From an uncultured Heliobacteriaceae bacterium (GTDB lineage Bacteria > Acidobacteriota > Blastocatellia > RBC074): a DNA stretch of 64,000 bases. Below are positions 48,390 through 59,608 of the stretch, in pieces. The number at the start of each line of letters is the position of its first letter. Position 1 is the stretch's first letter. The notes beneath the pieces were generated by a model. It did no database searches and had not been told where the DNA came from. It was given only the letters and a program-made list of their open reading frames with translations. The stretch spans positions 31,278-95,277 of the forward strand of contig CAZWAK010000004.1 in assembly GCA_964631865.1 (NCBI GenBank), given 5' to 3'. A program made the translations under genes and the position numbers.

Positions 48390-49406
48390 TTAACTCTGCG
48401 GCGCAAAGTTGCGGGTCAGGATTGCGTCCAAATCCGGGATCACGAGCGGGCTGCCTTCCAGATCGAAAATTCCCAACACCAAATTGTGCGCCAATGACAA
48501 GCGTTGCTCGTGCCGTTGATACGGGATCGGCAGCGGGAAGGCTTTGACTTGCGGATGAATGGGCACGCCTAACAATCCGCTGGGCGCGCGCGCAATCAGC
48601 AAGCGGCTTTTGGGGTGAATCTGATGCGCAGCGACGGCTTCGTGACGCAATCCCAGGCGCGTTGGCAAATCGAGGATCGGCAGCGGCAGACCGCGCCAGT
48701 TGGCCAGGCCGAACACGTACTTCGGCGCACGCGGAACGGAAATGATCGGCAACAGGTGGGAGATTTCCTGCACTTGCATGAGGCTCAGCCCGAAAACCAT
48801 GGGTTGCGGTTCGCTGACCGCCTCCAAGCTTTGCGCCGCCGAGAAGAGCATGATTTGCGCGCGCGATTTGCGCGGGGCGGCGGGCGCGTTCATGACACGC
48901 GGCGGTGGCTTGGGCAGCGTGGTCAGTGGCGCAGCTTCCGTCCGATGCAATTGGGCGGCGTTGGCGCACAATACCCATTTGTCGGCCAGCTTGACGACGC
49001 CTGTGAACAGCTTGTCGGCGGTGGGTTCGGCAATGTGCGGCAGCGCGACGATTTGTGATGACTCGATTTCAATGTTGCCAATGATGCGGTCAACGCGCAG
49101 GCCAAAGGGCTGTGCCGCGTTGACCAACACGACGAACCCGTCATGAAAATTTGCGGAACCCGTGCCGATGGCAAGTTGCACGGCCAGATCGAAGACAGGG
49201 TATTTCTGTTGTTGCGCGGCGATCCAGCCCATCGCCCCCGGCGGCGTCGCCACGCCTTCCAAGGTGGGCTGAAAGGCGAATTGATGCAGCCGTCCGATGC
49301 TGCGCACTGCCGTAATCTCCAAACAATATTCCTGCTCCTGGACGGCGCAACGAACCAGGCGGAGTGTTTGGGGAGCGACCTGGTTTGTGCTGGATGCGTT
49401 CCTCAT
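48390..49406 (-). CDS. cheW: tandem CheW-CheW protein
   Basis: two CheW-like units (YCLEITAV..GWI..PVFDL; VPRAPKYVFGLANWRG..LPILDL). Confidence 0.8.
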   Translation of the reverse strand: MRNASSTNQVAPQTLRLVRCAVQEQEYCLEITAVRSIGRLHQFAFQPTLEGVATPPGAMGWIAAQQQKYPVFDLAVQLAIGTGSANFHDGFVVLVNAAQPFGLRVDRIIGNIEIESSQIVALPHIAEPTADKLFTGVVKLADKWVLCANAAQLHRTEAAPLTTLPKPPPRVMNAPAAPRKSRAQIMLFSAAQSLEAVSEPQPMVFGLSLMQVQEISHLLPIISVPRAPKYVFGLANWRGLPLPILDLPTRLGLRHEAVAAHQIHPKSRLLIARAPSGLLGVPIHPQVKAFPLPIPYQRHEQRLSLAHNLVLGIFDLEGSPLVIPDLDAILTRNFAPQS

Positions 49407-49432
49407 AAAGTTTCCAATGGTGGAAGACGTGG

Positions 49433-50545
49433 CTACACGCCTGACAACAACAACTGCGCGATTTGTTGCGGCGGCGCGACGTGATCCACGACCCCCGCTT
49501 CAATCGCGCGTTGCGGCATGCCTTTGACCGTGCAGGTTTCCAACGTCTGGGCAAACGTGACGCCGCCGCGCGCGCGAATCGCCGCCAAACCTTCTACGCC
49601 GTCTTGTCCCATCCCGGTCAGCAACACGCCACGCGCTTTGGCTCCATAGACGGCGGCGACCGATTGCATCGTCAAATTGATCGAAGGCAAATTGCCATCA
49701 GGGGCTGCGCCTGCGCGCAATTGCACCGAACCGTAGGCGCTCAATTGCACGTTCATGCCGCCGGGCGCGATCAGGATGGTGCCGCGTTGCAAGCCGTCAC
49801 CCGTTTCAGCTTCTTTGACGCGGAACGGCAATTGGCGCTGCAATTGTTCGGCCAGCACGGCGGTGAACATGGCGGGCAAATGTTGGATGACGAGCACGCT
49901 GCTCGCAAAATTTTCGGGCAACTGCACCAGCAGTTGTTGCAGCGCAACCGGGCCGCCCGTCGAAGCGCCGATGACGATGATTTTTTCCGGCGACAATTTG
50001 GTCGAAGGCTCGGCCCCCGCCCAGACATCCACGGCGCTGGTGCTAGTCGCGCCCGAACCGGTGAGACGCGGGTTCGCTTTGGTCGTCGTGCCCGGCTTGA
50101 TGTCGTTGTTCGGCGCGGGCAGGGCAATGCCCGCAACGGGCGGCGTAATGTTGGCTGCGAGGCGCACCTTGTTGATGATTTCCTGCCGCAGATGCGCTGG
50201 ATCAACTGCCGCGCCGGGCGTGAATTTGAAGACGAAGTCCACCGCGCCGTGATGCATCGCTTCCAACGTCAGCGCCGCCGCGTGCATATTCGCGCCGCTG
50301 ATGACGATGGCCGGCGTAAAGCGAATTTGCTGTGTTGCCTTGAGCGCGTCCAGCCCGCTCATATCCGGCATTTCCAGCCCCAATGTCACGACGTCCGGGC
50401 GCGCGGTTTCGACCATCTCCACCAGTTGCTGCCCCTTGTGCGCTGCGCCCAGCACCCGAATGTCGGGTGCCGATTCCAGATGACTTTTTAGCAGACGGCA
50501 GACGATGGGAGAACTGTCCGCGACCAGAACGCTAATTGGCTTCAT
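49433..50545 (-). CDS. cheB: chemotaxis methylesterase with a degenerate receiver domain
   Basis: GASTGGP, IQHLP, LTGMGQDG catalytic motifs; receiver has VADSS and TLGLEMP. Confidence 0.9.
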   Translation of the reverse strand: MKPISVLVADSSPIVCRLLKSHLESAPDIRVLGAAHKGQQLVEMVETARPDVVTLGLEMPDMSGLDALKATQQIRFTPAIVISGANMHAAALTLEAMHHGAVDFVFKFTPGAAVDPAHLRQEIINKVRLAANITPPVAGIALPAPNNDIKPGTTTKANPRLTGSGATSTSAVDVWAGAEPSTKLSPEKIIVIGASTGGPVALQQLLVQLPENFASSVLVIQHLPAMFTAVLAEQLQRQLPFRVKEAETGDGLQRGTILIAPGGMNVQLSAYGSVQLRAGAAPDGNLPSINLTMQSVAAVYGAKARGVLLTGMGQDGVEGLAAIRARGGVTFAQTLETCTVKGMPQRAIEAGVVDHVAPPQQIAQLLLSGV

Positions 50546-50588
50546 AGCAATTCATAAGTTTGACAAGCGCGCCGAGCCGACCGCGCGC

Positions 50589-53500
50589 TTATTGCTGACT
50601 TTCTCTGACCAAGCGACGAATCAGCGTCACCACATTGTCTTCCTGATAAGGTTTGACCAGATATTCAGTCGCGCCCAGATCGAAGGCTTTCTGCCGATGC
50701 TTCTCGCTCGAACGCGACGAGACAATGACGACCGGCAAGTTGCGATACGCCGGGAGCGAGCGCACCGAACTGAGGAATTGATAACCGTCCATGCGCGGCA
50801 TTTCGATGTCGAGCAGAATCAAGTCCGGCGGCAGTTCGTTGGCTTGCAATTGCTCCAACGCATCGAGACCGTCTTTGGCCTGCGCCGGAATCCAACCAAT
50901 GTTCTTAATCATATTGGAACTGACGCGCCGCACGCTGGGCGAATCATCCACGATCATCACCGTCAGCGTTTGATTCAGTGTCTTCGGCTTCGCGGGCGTC
51001 GGCGTCGGCGCAATCATGTCCGTCGGCGGCAGGTCGTGCGCCGCCGACACAGGTGGTGTTGGGGCCACCATGTTACTGCCTTGCGCTTCGCCCGGATGGT
51101 TCGTCGGACTGTTGATGGCCGCGCGACGTGGCAGCGCGCGCACTGTGCCGCGCAACAATTCGGCGAGGTTGAGAATTAACACGACTTCGCCATCGCCCAT
51201 CAACGTCGCGCCCATCACGCCGTGAATTTTGCGCAAGTGATTGCCGAGCGTCTTGATCACGACTTCGCGTCCGCCCATCAATTGATCCACGATGACGACG
51301 ACTTCTTTGCCTTCGACGCTGAGCAACAAGGCGGGCGGGCGCAGCGCCACTTCGTCGGTCGGCTGGCGCAAATTGAGCAAGCGGCTCAGCATCAGCAACG
51401 GATACACTTTGCCGCCCAACCGTATGACGGGTTCCTGGCCGATGCGTTCCACTTTGCTCATTTCGAGCCGCATAATTTGCGTCACGACATCGAGCGGAAT
51501 CGCAAAGCTCTGGCCGTTGGCTTTGACCATCAGCGAGCGCGTCACGGCCAGTGTCAGCGGCAGACGAATCGTGAACGTCGTGCCCGCGTCCGGCTGCGAA
51601 TCAATCGTGATCGTGCCTTTCAGCTTTTGCACGGTCGTCTGCACGACGTCCATCCCGACGCCGCGCCCGGAGATTTCGCTAACGGTCGCGGCGGTGCTGA
51701 AACCGGGCGTGAAAATCAGCGCCCAGAGTTCCTGCTGCGACATCGTTTCGGCTTCGACAGACGTAATCAGCGCGAGTTCCAGCGCGCGATTGCGAATCCT
51801 GTTGGCATCCAAACCCTGTCCATCGTCGCGCAGTTGCAGGACGACTTGCGAGCCTTCGTAAAACGCGCGTAGCGTGATTTTGCCGAGCGGCGCTTTGCCT
51901 TTGGCGGTGCGCACGTGAGGCGCTTCAATGCCGTGATCCACCGCGTTGCGCAGCAGATGCAGCAACGGGTCGGTCATTTCCTGCAACGCGGTCGTGTCGA
52001 GCGCCGTCGCTTCGCCTTCCAAAATCAATTCGACGTCTTTGTCCCGTTGCACAGCGACCGTGCGCACGGTGCGATGAAGGCGCGGTGCTAAGCTCGCCAG
52101 CGGAACCATGCGTAGCCGCATCAAGCGATCCTGCAAATCGCTGTAGACGCGGCCTTGCCGATTCAGATAGCTCAGGAAATCGCTGTTGAGATGATTCAAT
52201 TCGCGTCCGAGCGTTTGAATGTCGGTTGAGGATTCGACCAACTCGCGCGACACCAAATGGAATTCGGTATAGCGGTCAAATTCCAAATCATCAAACCCGT
52301 GCGTGTGGCTTGTGACCAGCGCGTTCACCAGTCCCGGCGCGACCAACGCGGCGGCGGGCAAATGGGACGGCGCGTTGTTGGGCACGAACGATGGGCGTCC
52401 GCCGCCGAGTGTGCTGGCTTCGTATTTCGATTCGAGGTTCGACGACGCGCGGCGCAAACGTGTGCCGGTGATTTGCAATTCTTCGACCTGATGCCCGAAG
52501 TCGGCGAGCCGCTGCTCGAACATCGTGCGCGTGATAATCATTTCGCTGATGAGCTTAACGATTTCATCGAGCCGTTCGATGGGCACGCGCACAAACTGAC
52601 TGGATGTTTGCGCCATCGCACCCGTTTGCGCAGGCGGCAGCACTTCCGGTTCGTGAACGTGAACCGGCGCGGACTCCGCCGCTTCAGCAACGGTCGTTGG
52701 CGCGGTGACGGTGGTTTCTGCAACCGACGGTTCGCTGGGGACGACGATGGCTTCGGCGACTACAGCGGTGGGCGCAACAGATGGCTCTGCGATCATCGGC
52801 GCGACGGGCACAGAGAATTCTTCCAAGGCCGCCGATTCGGTCAGCGATTGCGGCCAATCCGGCAACCTGGCTGCCGCCGTGTTGGCTGCTTCGAGCGGCG
52901 TTTCGGCGTGATCGAAAACGGCGGGAAGCTCGACTGGCCCAAGCGCCGCGACCGCTTCGGTGTCCTCTGCGGCGGGCTGTGTGAAGACGAGGTCAGCGGT
53001 TGTGTCAGGCGCACATTCCAGTTCGGGCCCCGTTTCGGCAAGAGCTTCGGCAAGAGCTTCGGGCGTTGCGGTGCTCGTGAACTCTTCGGCTCTCGCAGCC
53101 GCAGCGGAATGCTCTGCCAACAAACGTGCAAAGGCGGCGTAGAGGCGTTGGACTTCGCCCGTTTTCACCTGCCCATTCGACATGTCTTCGAGCGCGTCGG
53201 TCGCTTGCATCAGCAACAGCGTGCGCTCCGGCGTCAATTGCATTTCGCCGTCGTACATCAAATCCAGCACATCTTCCATGCGATGCGCCAGTTGCATAAT
53301 GTTGTCCAACCCGACCACCGCTGCGGTGCCTTTGAGCGAATGCGAACTGCGGCGCACTTCCTGCAACAACTCGCGGTTGTGCGGATTTTTGTAGAGCACG
53401 CGCAACGACGTGTGCAGATTTTGCAGATGCTCTTCGGCTTCCAGCAAAAACGTTTCCATCAACTCTTCCGCCATGTCATCGGAAATGACCGGCGACGCCA

Positions 53501-54971
53501 GCGGCGCGGGCAGGGAAGCGGCGGGCGCAGAAGTTGTGACGGGTTCGGGCGTTGGCTCAGGCAGCGCAGTCGCGAGGTCGAAGCTTTCCGCCTCGCCTTG
53601 CGTCTCGCCCTCGGTCGGCGCAATTAACTCGGACAGACTGGGCAGCGGCAACAACTCCGGCAAGGTTTCATCGAAGGCCAGCGCGGGCCAGTTCGGTTCT
53701 TCGACGTCCACTGTCGTCGGGCATTGCGCGTCTGGCACAGCGGGAACGGCTTCCGCGTTGTCTGCTTCGACTTCGGGCGCGACGACGAACGTATCGCCTT
53801 GCACCCCGTTTTCAAGCGATGGAGGCGCGCTGGCCGCCGGTTCGGTCAGCAAATCTTCTGCGAGTTGATCGGCCAGATTGTCAATGGCGAGATCGGCTGT
53901 CGGAGTGGGCGCGCTGTCTTCTAACACATCTGGCAAGACCTGCGGCGCTTCTGCTAACGACGCCGTCTCGGTCGGCGCAGCCGCGTCCGATGCGGGCGTG
54001 AGTTGTATTTCCGGCAGCCCCGCCATCAATTCATCGGGCAGCGCGAATTCCGGTTGCAGCGGCGGCGGATAAGCGCCAAAGCTTTCTTTCAATTCTTTGG
54101 CGACGTCGTGTAAATCCACGTCGCCAATCGTCGGCGTCTCGGTCGCTTCCGGCAACGACACTGAAAAGGCAGCGTCGTTGAGTAGCGCCACCAACGGTTC
54201 TTCGGTTTCGAGCGCCGCTAATTCCGGGGGCGTCAGCGCCGCCCAGGGCGCGCGGGCTTCGGGCAGGAGATCGTCTTCGGCTTCGGTGGGCAGCAGGAAC
54301 GTTTCGCCTTTTTCTTCGTAGTCGTCCAATGCTTCGGGGTCTTCTACCGGGTCTAAGGCTGGGGGCGTGAAGGAAAAGTCGGGCAGCGCAAGCTCGTGAG
54401 GTTCTAACGCGGGAGGGGTGACGGAAATTTCCGGCAGCGCGAACTCATTGTCGGGTTGTGCTGGAGTGGTCGCTTCGGTCGGCTCGGCGGCAAGTGGTTC
54501 CAGCGGTAACAATTCTGGCAGTGCCAGTTTAGCAATAGACGATTCATCGGTTGACAGTTCACTCGTTGACAATTCGTTCGTTGACAGTTGCTCGGTTGAC
54601 AGTTCATTGGTTGACGATATAACTTCCGCCGGAATCTCCGCCAACGATTGATCCAGCAAATCGGCTAAGTCGCTGACGTTTTGGCAGAGGTCTTCCAGCA
54701 ATTCCTGCGACAAGGGCAGATTTTCTTCGCAGAGCATTTCGAGCGCGACTTCGAGTTGATAGGCGACCTCGCTGATTTGCATGAAGCCGAGCATCGAGGC
54801 CGCGCCTTTGATGATATGCGCGAAGCGAAACGCTTCGCGCAGGGCATCCAGTTGCGTCGCATCCGCCGCGAAGGACTCCAGCCCCAGCATGATTTCCGGC
54901 AAATAGCCTTTGGCTTCGCTGAAAAAGCCGACGACCACTTCCTGGTCGAGATGATGATTCATAACGGTCAT
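50589..54971 (-). CDS. cheA: ChpA/CheA-like hybrid kinase (2 Hpt, acidic linkers, HATPase, CheW, REC)
   Basis: AHIIKGAA and SHSLKGTA Hpt motifs, HLLRNAVDHGIE, DDGQG, GRGVGMDVV, LLDIEMP. Confidence 0.93.
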   Translation of the reverse strand: MTVMNHHLDQEVVVGFFSEAKGYLPEIMLGLESFAADATQLDALREAFRFAHIIKGAASMLGFMQISEVAYQLEVALEMLCEENLPLSQELLEDLCQNVSDLADLLDQSLAEIPAEVISSTNELSTEQLSTNELSTSELSTDESSIAKLALPELLPLEPLAAEPTEATTPAQPDNEFALPEISVTPPALEPHELALPDFSFTPPALDPVEDPEALDDYEEKGETFLLPTEAEDDLLPEARAPWAALTPPELAALETEEPLVALLNDAAFSVSLPEATETPTIGDVDLHDVAKELKESFGAYPPPLQPEFALPDELMAGLPEIQLTPASDAAAPTETASLAEAPQVLPDVLEDSAPTPTADLAIDNLADQLAEDLLTEPAASAPPSLENGVQGDTFVVAPEVEADNAEAVPAVPDAQCPTTVDVEEPNWPALAFDETLPELLPLPSLSELIAPTEGETQGEAESFDLATALPEPTPEPVTTSAPAASLPAPLASPVISDDMAEELMETFLLEAEEHLQNLHTSLRVLYKNPHNRELLQEVRRSSHSLKGTAAVVGLDNIMQLAHRMEDVLDLMYDGEMQLTPERTLLLMQATDALEDMSNGQVKTGEVQRLYAAFARLLAEHSAAAARAEEFTSTATPEALAEALAETGPELECAPDTTADLVFTQPAAEDTEAVAALGPVELPAVFDHAETPLEAANTAAARLPDWPQSLTESAALEEFSVPVAPMIAEPSVAPTAVVAEAIVVPSEPSVAETTVTAPTTVAEAAESAPVHVHEPEVLPPAQTGAMAQTSSQFVRVPIERLDEIVKLISEMIITRTMFEQRLADFGHQVEELQITGTRLRRASSNLESKYEASTLGGGRPSFVPNNAPSHLPAAALVAPGLVNALVTSHTHGFDDLEFDRYTEFHLVSRELVESSTDIQTLGRELNHLNSDFLSYLNRQGRVYSDLQDRLMRLRMVPLASLAPRLHRTVRTVAVQRDKDVELILEGEATALDTTALQEMTDPLLHLLRNAVDHGIEAPHVRTAKGKAPLGKITLRAFYEGSQVVLQLRDDGQGLDANRIRNRALELALITSVEAETMSQQELWALIFTPGFSTAATVSEISGRGVGMDVVQTTVQKLKGTITIDSQPDAGTTFTIRLPLTLAVTRSLMVKANGQSFAIPLDVVTQIMRLEMSKVERIGQEPVIRLGGKVYPLLMLSRLLNLRQPTDEVALRPPALLLSVEGKEVVVIVDQLMGGREVVIKTLGNHLRKIHGVMGATLMGDGEVVLILNLAELLRGTVRALPRRAAINSPTNHPGEAQGSNMVAPTPPVSAAHDLPPTDMIAPTPTPAKPKTLNQTLTVMIVDDSPSVRRVSSNMIKNIGWIPAQAKDGLDALEQLQANELPPDLILLDIEMPRMDGYQFLSSVRSLPAYRNLPVVIVSSRSSEKHRQKAFDLGATEYLVKPYQEDNVVTLIRRLVRESQQ
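54541..54615. repeat. 15-bp coding tandem repeat (STxEL pentapeptide) x5
   Basis: GTTGAC recurs every 15 nt (54550, 54565, 54580, 54595, 54610). Confidence 0.8.
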
Positions 54972-55001
54972 CCTGTTTGTGGTTAGCTCTCCGGCTAACG
55001 C

Positions 55002-56429
55002 TTAGCGGTTGTTCGGGAGCCGGAAGGACGCGACCGAAGCGCGTAGTTCATCGGCGAGCGAGGCCATATTTTGCACTGAAGCGTTAGAGCGTTTGATCCC
55101 GTCGGTCGTACGTTCGGTAATCGCTGAGATTTGCGACATCGCGTTGACCACTGACGCCGAACTTTGACTTTGTTCGGTGGCGGCCTGCGAAATCGCGGCG
55201 ATCAGTTCGGCCAGTCGTTCCGACACCGATTCGATTTCGTGCAACGCCTGCCCGGCCTGATTGGCCAGTTGCGAGCCGTCCACGACTTCGCGCGTGCTTT
55301 CTTCCATCGCGGAGATCGCTTCGTTTGCGCCGATCTGAATGGTTTTGACGAGGTTGTTGATGCTCTTTGTCGCGTCGGCGGAACGTTTGGCGAGGCGTTC
55401 GATTTCGTCGGCCACCACCGCGAATCCCTGTCCGGCTTCACCGGCTTCAGCGGCCTGAATGGCCGCGTTCAGCGCGAGGTACGACGTACGTTTGGAGATG
55501 CCGCCGATGATCTGCACGATCTCGCCGATTTCCTGCGAATTTTCGCCGAGCCGTTTGAGCTTCTTGGACGTTTCCTGCACCTGGCCGCGAATACGCTGCA
55601 TGCCTTCGATGGTATTTTGCACGGCTTCCGTGCCCTGTTTGGCGTTGCTCAGCGATTGCTGGGCGACGGTGGCAGAGAGCAACGCGCCGTCGGTGACTTG
55701 TCGAATCGAACTCGACATGGTTTCAATCGCGCGCGTCGTTTGGGCGATGTGATGCGCCTGCACTTCGGCTTCCTGCGCGAGCACAGCGGTGTTGCGTTGC
55801 GTGATGTCAGTCGTTTTGGCCACCTGTTCGGTCACGGTTTGCACTTGTCCGACGATGCGGCGCAGTTCGGCAATCATGTAGTTGAACGAATCGGCCAACG
55901 TGCCCGTCATATCGCCGCTGACCGAAACTTCGCGCGTCAAATCGCCCTCGGCGACTTTGCCCACCTGATCCAACAAGTGAATGATGGCCGTCTGCAACTC
56001 GCTGCGTTTTTCTTCGGATTGCACCAGGCTGTCGGAGTTTTCCAACATGCTGTTCATCGCCGTGAGCAGTTGGCCAATTTCATCTTGCGACGTGACCGGG
56101 AGGGCTTCGGTGGGAACGCCGTGTGCCAGGTTGTCGGCGAACTGCGCGGCGGCTTTGAGCGGTTTGGTCAGGCGACCGGACAGATACCATAGCACGCAAA
56201 GCGCCACGCCCAACAGGCACAGGAAAAGCATGATTTGTTTCGACAAAAGCGCATTGAGCGCCGCATTGGCCAATTCCGCGCCCGCCTGCCCATTCGGTTT
56301 GGTTTGCGTTGTGCTGAGGATCACGTCTTTGGTGGCGAAGGCGGAATACCCGATGAAAGCCGCTCCGACCAGCACCAAACAGGCTCCGGCCCAGAACGTG
56401 ATTTTGACTTGGATTGATTTCAATTGCAT
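55002..56429 (-). CDS. methyl-accepting chemotaxis protein (PilJ-like signalling domain, very short periplasmic loop)
   Basis: two TM helices, [42 protein letters not shown]. Confidence 0.92.
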   Translation of the reverse strand: MQLKSIQVKITFWAGACLVLVGAAFIGYSAFATKDVILSTTQTKPNGQAGAELANAALNALLSKQIMLFLCLLGVALCVLWYLSGRLTKPLKAAAQFADNLAHGVPTEALPVTSQDEIGQLLTAMNSMLENSDSLVQSEEKRSELQTAIIHLLDQVGKVAEGDLTREVSVSGDMTGTLADSFNYMIAELRRIVGQVQTVTEQVAKTTDITQRNTAVLAQEAEVQAHHIAQTTRAIETMSSSIRQVTDGALLSATVAQQSLSNAKQGTEAVQNTIEGMQRIRGQVQETSKKLKRLGENSQEIGEIVQIIGGISKRTSYLALNAAIQAAEAGEAGQGFAVVADEIERLAKRSADATKSINNLVKTIQIGANEAISAMEESTREVVDGSQLANQAGQALHEIESVSERLAELIAAISQAATEQSQSSASVVNAMSQISAITERTTDGIKRSNASVQNMASLADELRASVASFRLPNNR

Positions 56430-56443
56430 AGCATCTCTCCTTC

Positions 56444-56511
56444 GAGTAGACGGTAGACGGTAAACGGTAGACGGTAGAAAAGAGCTACCGACTACCGACT
56501 ACCGACTACTC
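56444..56511. repeat. heptamer-arm quasi-palindrome (GTAGACG)x4 ... (CTACCGA)x3
   Basis: reverse-orientation relative of 24489-24556; fills the gap between the two MCP genes. Confidence 0.9.
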
Positions 56512-58740
56512 TTATAGACGACTGCTCCCCGGCAGTTTGAAGGACGCGACGGAAGCGCGCAGATCATCGGCCAACGAGGTCAAACCATTGATCGTGACGG
56601 CGGATTGTTGAATGCCCGTCGTCGTTTCCGTGATGATGTGCGAGATGTCGGTCATCGCTTTGGACAGCGTTTCCGAACTGTTGGTTTGTTTGCGCGACGC
56701 CTGCGAAATGCTTTGAATCAGTTCGGCCAGCCGCTCCGACACGTTTTCGATTTCGGTCAGCGATTGACCGGCCTGCAACGCCAGCTTCGAGCCTTCGACC
56801 ACTTCCTTGTTGTTTTCTTCCATCGCGGAGATGGCCTCGTTCGTGCCGGCCTGAATGGATTTGACGAGGCTGGAGATTTTGGCTGTCGCTTGCGAAGCGC
56901 GTTCGGCGAGTTGCTCGATTTCTTCGGCGACGACGGCGAATCCGCGTCCGGCTTCTCCGGCGGTCGCGGCTTGAATCGAAGCGTTGAGCGCGAGGATGGA
57001 CGTCTGGTCGGCGATTTCGTCAATGAGCTGCACGATCTCGCCGATTTCCTGCGAGCTTTCACCAAGACGGCGGATGTGGCCGGAGGTTTCCTGCACCTGC
57101 TCGCGGATGCGGTTCATGCCTTTGATCGTATCTTGCACGGCCTTCGCGCCTTGTCGTGCGTTGACGAGCGATTGTTGCGCTACTGAGGCGGACAGCACAG
57201 CGCCTTGCGAAACTTCCTGAATCGAAGTGGTCATTTCTTCGAGCGCCTGCGACGTGAGGTGAATTTGTTCGGATTGCTGTTCGGCTTTCTGCACCAGTTC
57301 ACTCGAACTCGATTGCGTCGTGGTCGCGGCGTTTGTGACCTGCACTGTCACTTCTTTCACCTGCCCGATGACGCGGCGCAACTCGACAATCATAAAGTTG
57401 AAGGAGTCGGCAATCGCGCCCGTGATGTCTTCGGTCACAGCGGCTTCGCGCGTCAGATCGCCTTCGGCCACCGTGCTCACTTCTTCGAGCAGGCGCATGA
57501 TCGAACGTTGAATCGAGTCGCGTTCGGCGCGCGACTGCAACAGACCGCGCGTGTTGTCGAGCGTCGTGTTGAAGGACGTGGCCAGCGCGCCCAATTCGTC
57601 TTGCGCGAGCACTTCGGCGCGCGCATCCACGTTGCCGAGTTCAATCTGCTTCACGAGATATGACAGCGAGTTCACCTGACTGCCGATGCCGCGCACGATA
57701 ACGAAGGCGGTGGCCAGGCTGAGGCACAATGCGACGAGCACCATCGCCAACACAAAGTTGCGGTCGTTCTTGAACCCGTTGATGCGTTTGTAGAGCAATT
57801 CTTCCAAACTGTTGCGCGAAGCGTCGTAGAGCATGACCAACCGATCCGTCGCTTTGGTGCCTTCCGCGAACACCTGTTCGGCATTGCCCGCCGTCGCGTT
57901 GAAATTCTCGCCTTTTTTGAGGAAGGCTTTGGCTTCGCGCACAGCGTCGCTGACGACTTGTTGTTGCTTGGAGGCGAGGTCGCCGCCCGTCGCGGCGTTG
58001 GCGTCGAAGGCTTTGCGCATACCGGTTTCGACGTTGCCGACAGCGGTGAGCGCGCGTGCCATTTGGAAATTCAGTTGCGATTGTTCTTGCGGCGTGATGG
58101 CTTTGCCGCTGATCGCACCAGCCATCAAGCCGCGCGCCTGGCCAAGCGCGTCTACGGCGTTGGGCAATTGCACGATGACCGCGTCCATCAAGTAGTATGT
58201 GTCGAGATCAGGGTCGAGAATCAGGTTCGATTTATCGCCGACGTGGACGATCAAATCGTTGATGCTGGTCATCAGCCGATTGTGCTGCTCAAAGACTTCC
58301 GGCGCGCTGGTCGAATTGGTCGTTTTGGCGCGCACGGCTTCCCACTCGCGCTTCAGCGCGTTGACCTTGTCCGACGATTCAAACAAAGTGCCGTAGGTCG
58401 TGCCTTCGACCGCCCGTGTATCAATGTCGCTGAGAGATTGAAACGCCGCATTGATGGCTTGTTCGTTCGCGGGCATCTGATCTTTCATGGCGCTGTTGCC
58501 GTGCAGATAGCCATTCGCCAGGCCGCGATGTTTGGCCACCTGCTCGTGCAATTTCCGCAAGGGCGGCAAATACTCCGCGCCGTAAATTTCCTTCTGCCCG
58601 AATTTAATTTCCTTGTTTCTGGCTTCGACCAATTTGTAGGTCGTATAGGCCAGCGCAGGAACTGACAACGAAGCAATGATGGTCAATTTCCATCCTAATT
58701 TTAGTTTCCCGAATACGTTGAATAACTTCAGGTGTTTCAT
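56512..58740 (-). CDS. methyl-accepting chemotaxis protein (PilJ-like) with a large periplasmic sensor
   Basis: [16 protein letters not shown] sensor motif; HAMP; [26 protein letters not shown]. Confidence 0.93.
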   Translation of the reverse strand: MKHLKLFNVFGKLKLGWKLTIIASLSVPALAYTTYKLVEARNKEIKFGQKEIYGAEYLPPLRKLHEQVAKHRGLANGYLHGNSAMKDQMPANEQAINAAFQSLSDIDTRAVEGTTYGTLFESSDKVNALKREWEAVRAKTTNSTSAPEVFEQHNRLMTSINDLIVHVGDKSNLILDPDLDTYYLMDAVIVQLPNAVDALGQARGLMAGAISGKAITPQEQSQLNFQMARALTAVGNVETGMRKAFDANAATGGDLASKQQQVVSDAVREAKAFLKKGENFNATAGNAEQVFAEGTKATDRLVMLYDASRNSLEELLYKRINGFKNDRNFVLAMVLVALCLSLATAFVIVRGIGSQVNSLSYLVKQIELGNVDARAEVLAQDELGALATSFNTTLDNTRGLLQSRAERDSIQRSIMRLLEEVSTVAEGDLTREAAVTEDITGAIADSFNFMIVELRRVIGQVKEVTVQVTNAATTTQSSSSELVQKAEQQSEQIHLTSQALEEMTTSIQEVSQGAVLSASVAQQSLVNARQGAKAVQDTIKGMNRIREQVQETSGHIRRLGESSQEIGEIVQLIDEIADQTSILALNASIQAATAGEAGRGFAVVAEEIEQLAERASQATAKISSLVKSIQAGTNEAISAMEENNKEVVEGSKLALQAGQSLTEIENVSERLAELIQSISQASRKQTNSSETLSKAMTDISHIITETTTGIQQSAVTINGLTSLADDLRASVASFKLPGSSRL

Positions 58741-58957
58741 GGTCTCTCCGTGATGCGTGAGGAGCGGCGGCTCTCCGGGTTACGTTTGCGCGCGTAGCGA
58801 GATGAGAGCGTCGTGCGGCTCGTCAGCCGAGTTGCGTTTCAAGCAAGAAGTGGCTTTTCTTGCTGAGGATGAAAAGAGGTTTTTTCAGGGGGCAGCGGCT
58901 ACGGTTGGGCGTAGCGCGTGCGGCAAGCCAGATGCGTTGCCAAAGCGGAAGGCGGAG

Positions 58958-59590
58958 CTATTGCTTTAACTCCATCGAGGACAGCAGTCCTTCCAAATTC
59001 AAAACATTCAGCATCTGCCCGTCGTGATCGTAGACCCCGTGTAAATAGGGGATCAAACGATCACCCAACGAGGCTTGCGGCAGGACAATCAACTCTTCGG
59101 CCAAATTCAACATGCCTTCGATGCGATCCACCATCAGACTGGTCGTCAGATTGCGCTGCCGGTTGCGCACGACACACATGCTGCTGACTTCGGGCGTAAT
59201 CTTGTCGTGCAAATGCAGGAACGCGCCGCAATCTACGACCGAGATAATATCGCCGCGCAAATTCGTCACGCCCAGCACCCACTCCGGCACATTCGGCACG
59301 GGCGTGATACGTTGGGCTTCGCCCACTTCGAGCACTTGATTGATCGGCACGGCATAGCGCGCCTCGGCGAGCGAAAAGATAATGTATCTCTCTTGTGCGG
59401 CGACGGACGCTGTGCGTTGTCCCGCGCGCCCAAGGGTTGGTGCGTCGGCTAGCGAAGCAGTTACAGGAGGCGCGGCAGTAATGGATTGGTCTATTTCGGC
59501 AATGATCGTTTCCAGCGTCGGCGCAGGCATCTCAGTTGCAGAGACGTTACCGCTGAACGCCGGCGCGTGGTGTAGTTTTTCGTCCGTCAT
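58958..59590 (-). CDS. cheW: CheW (PilI-like) coupling protein
   Basis: ITPVPNVPEWVLGVTNLRGDIISVVD. Confidence 0.92.
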   Translation of the reverse strand: MTDEKLHHAPAFSGNVSATEMPAPTLETIIAEIDQSITAAPPVTASLADAPTLGRAGQRTASVAAQERYIIFSLAEARYAVPINQVLEVGEAQRITPVPNVPEWVLGVTNLRGDIISVVDCGAFLHLHDKITPEVSSMCVVRNRQRNLTTSLMVDRIEGMLNLAEELIVLPQASLGDRLIPYLHGVYDHDGQMLNVLNLEGLLSSMELKQ

Positions 59591-59608
59591 AAAAAGTACC
59601 CAGTTTCT

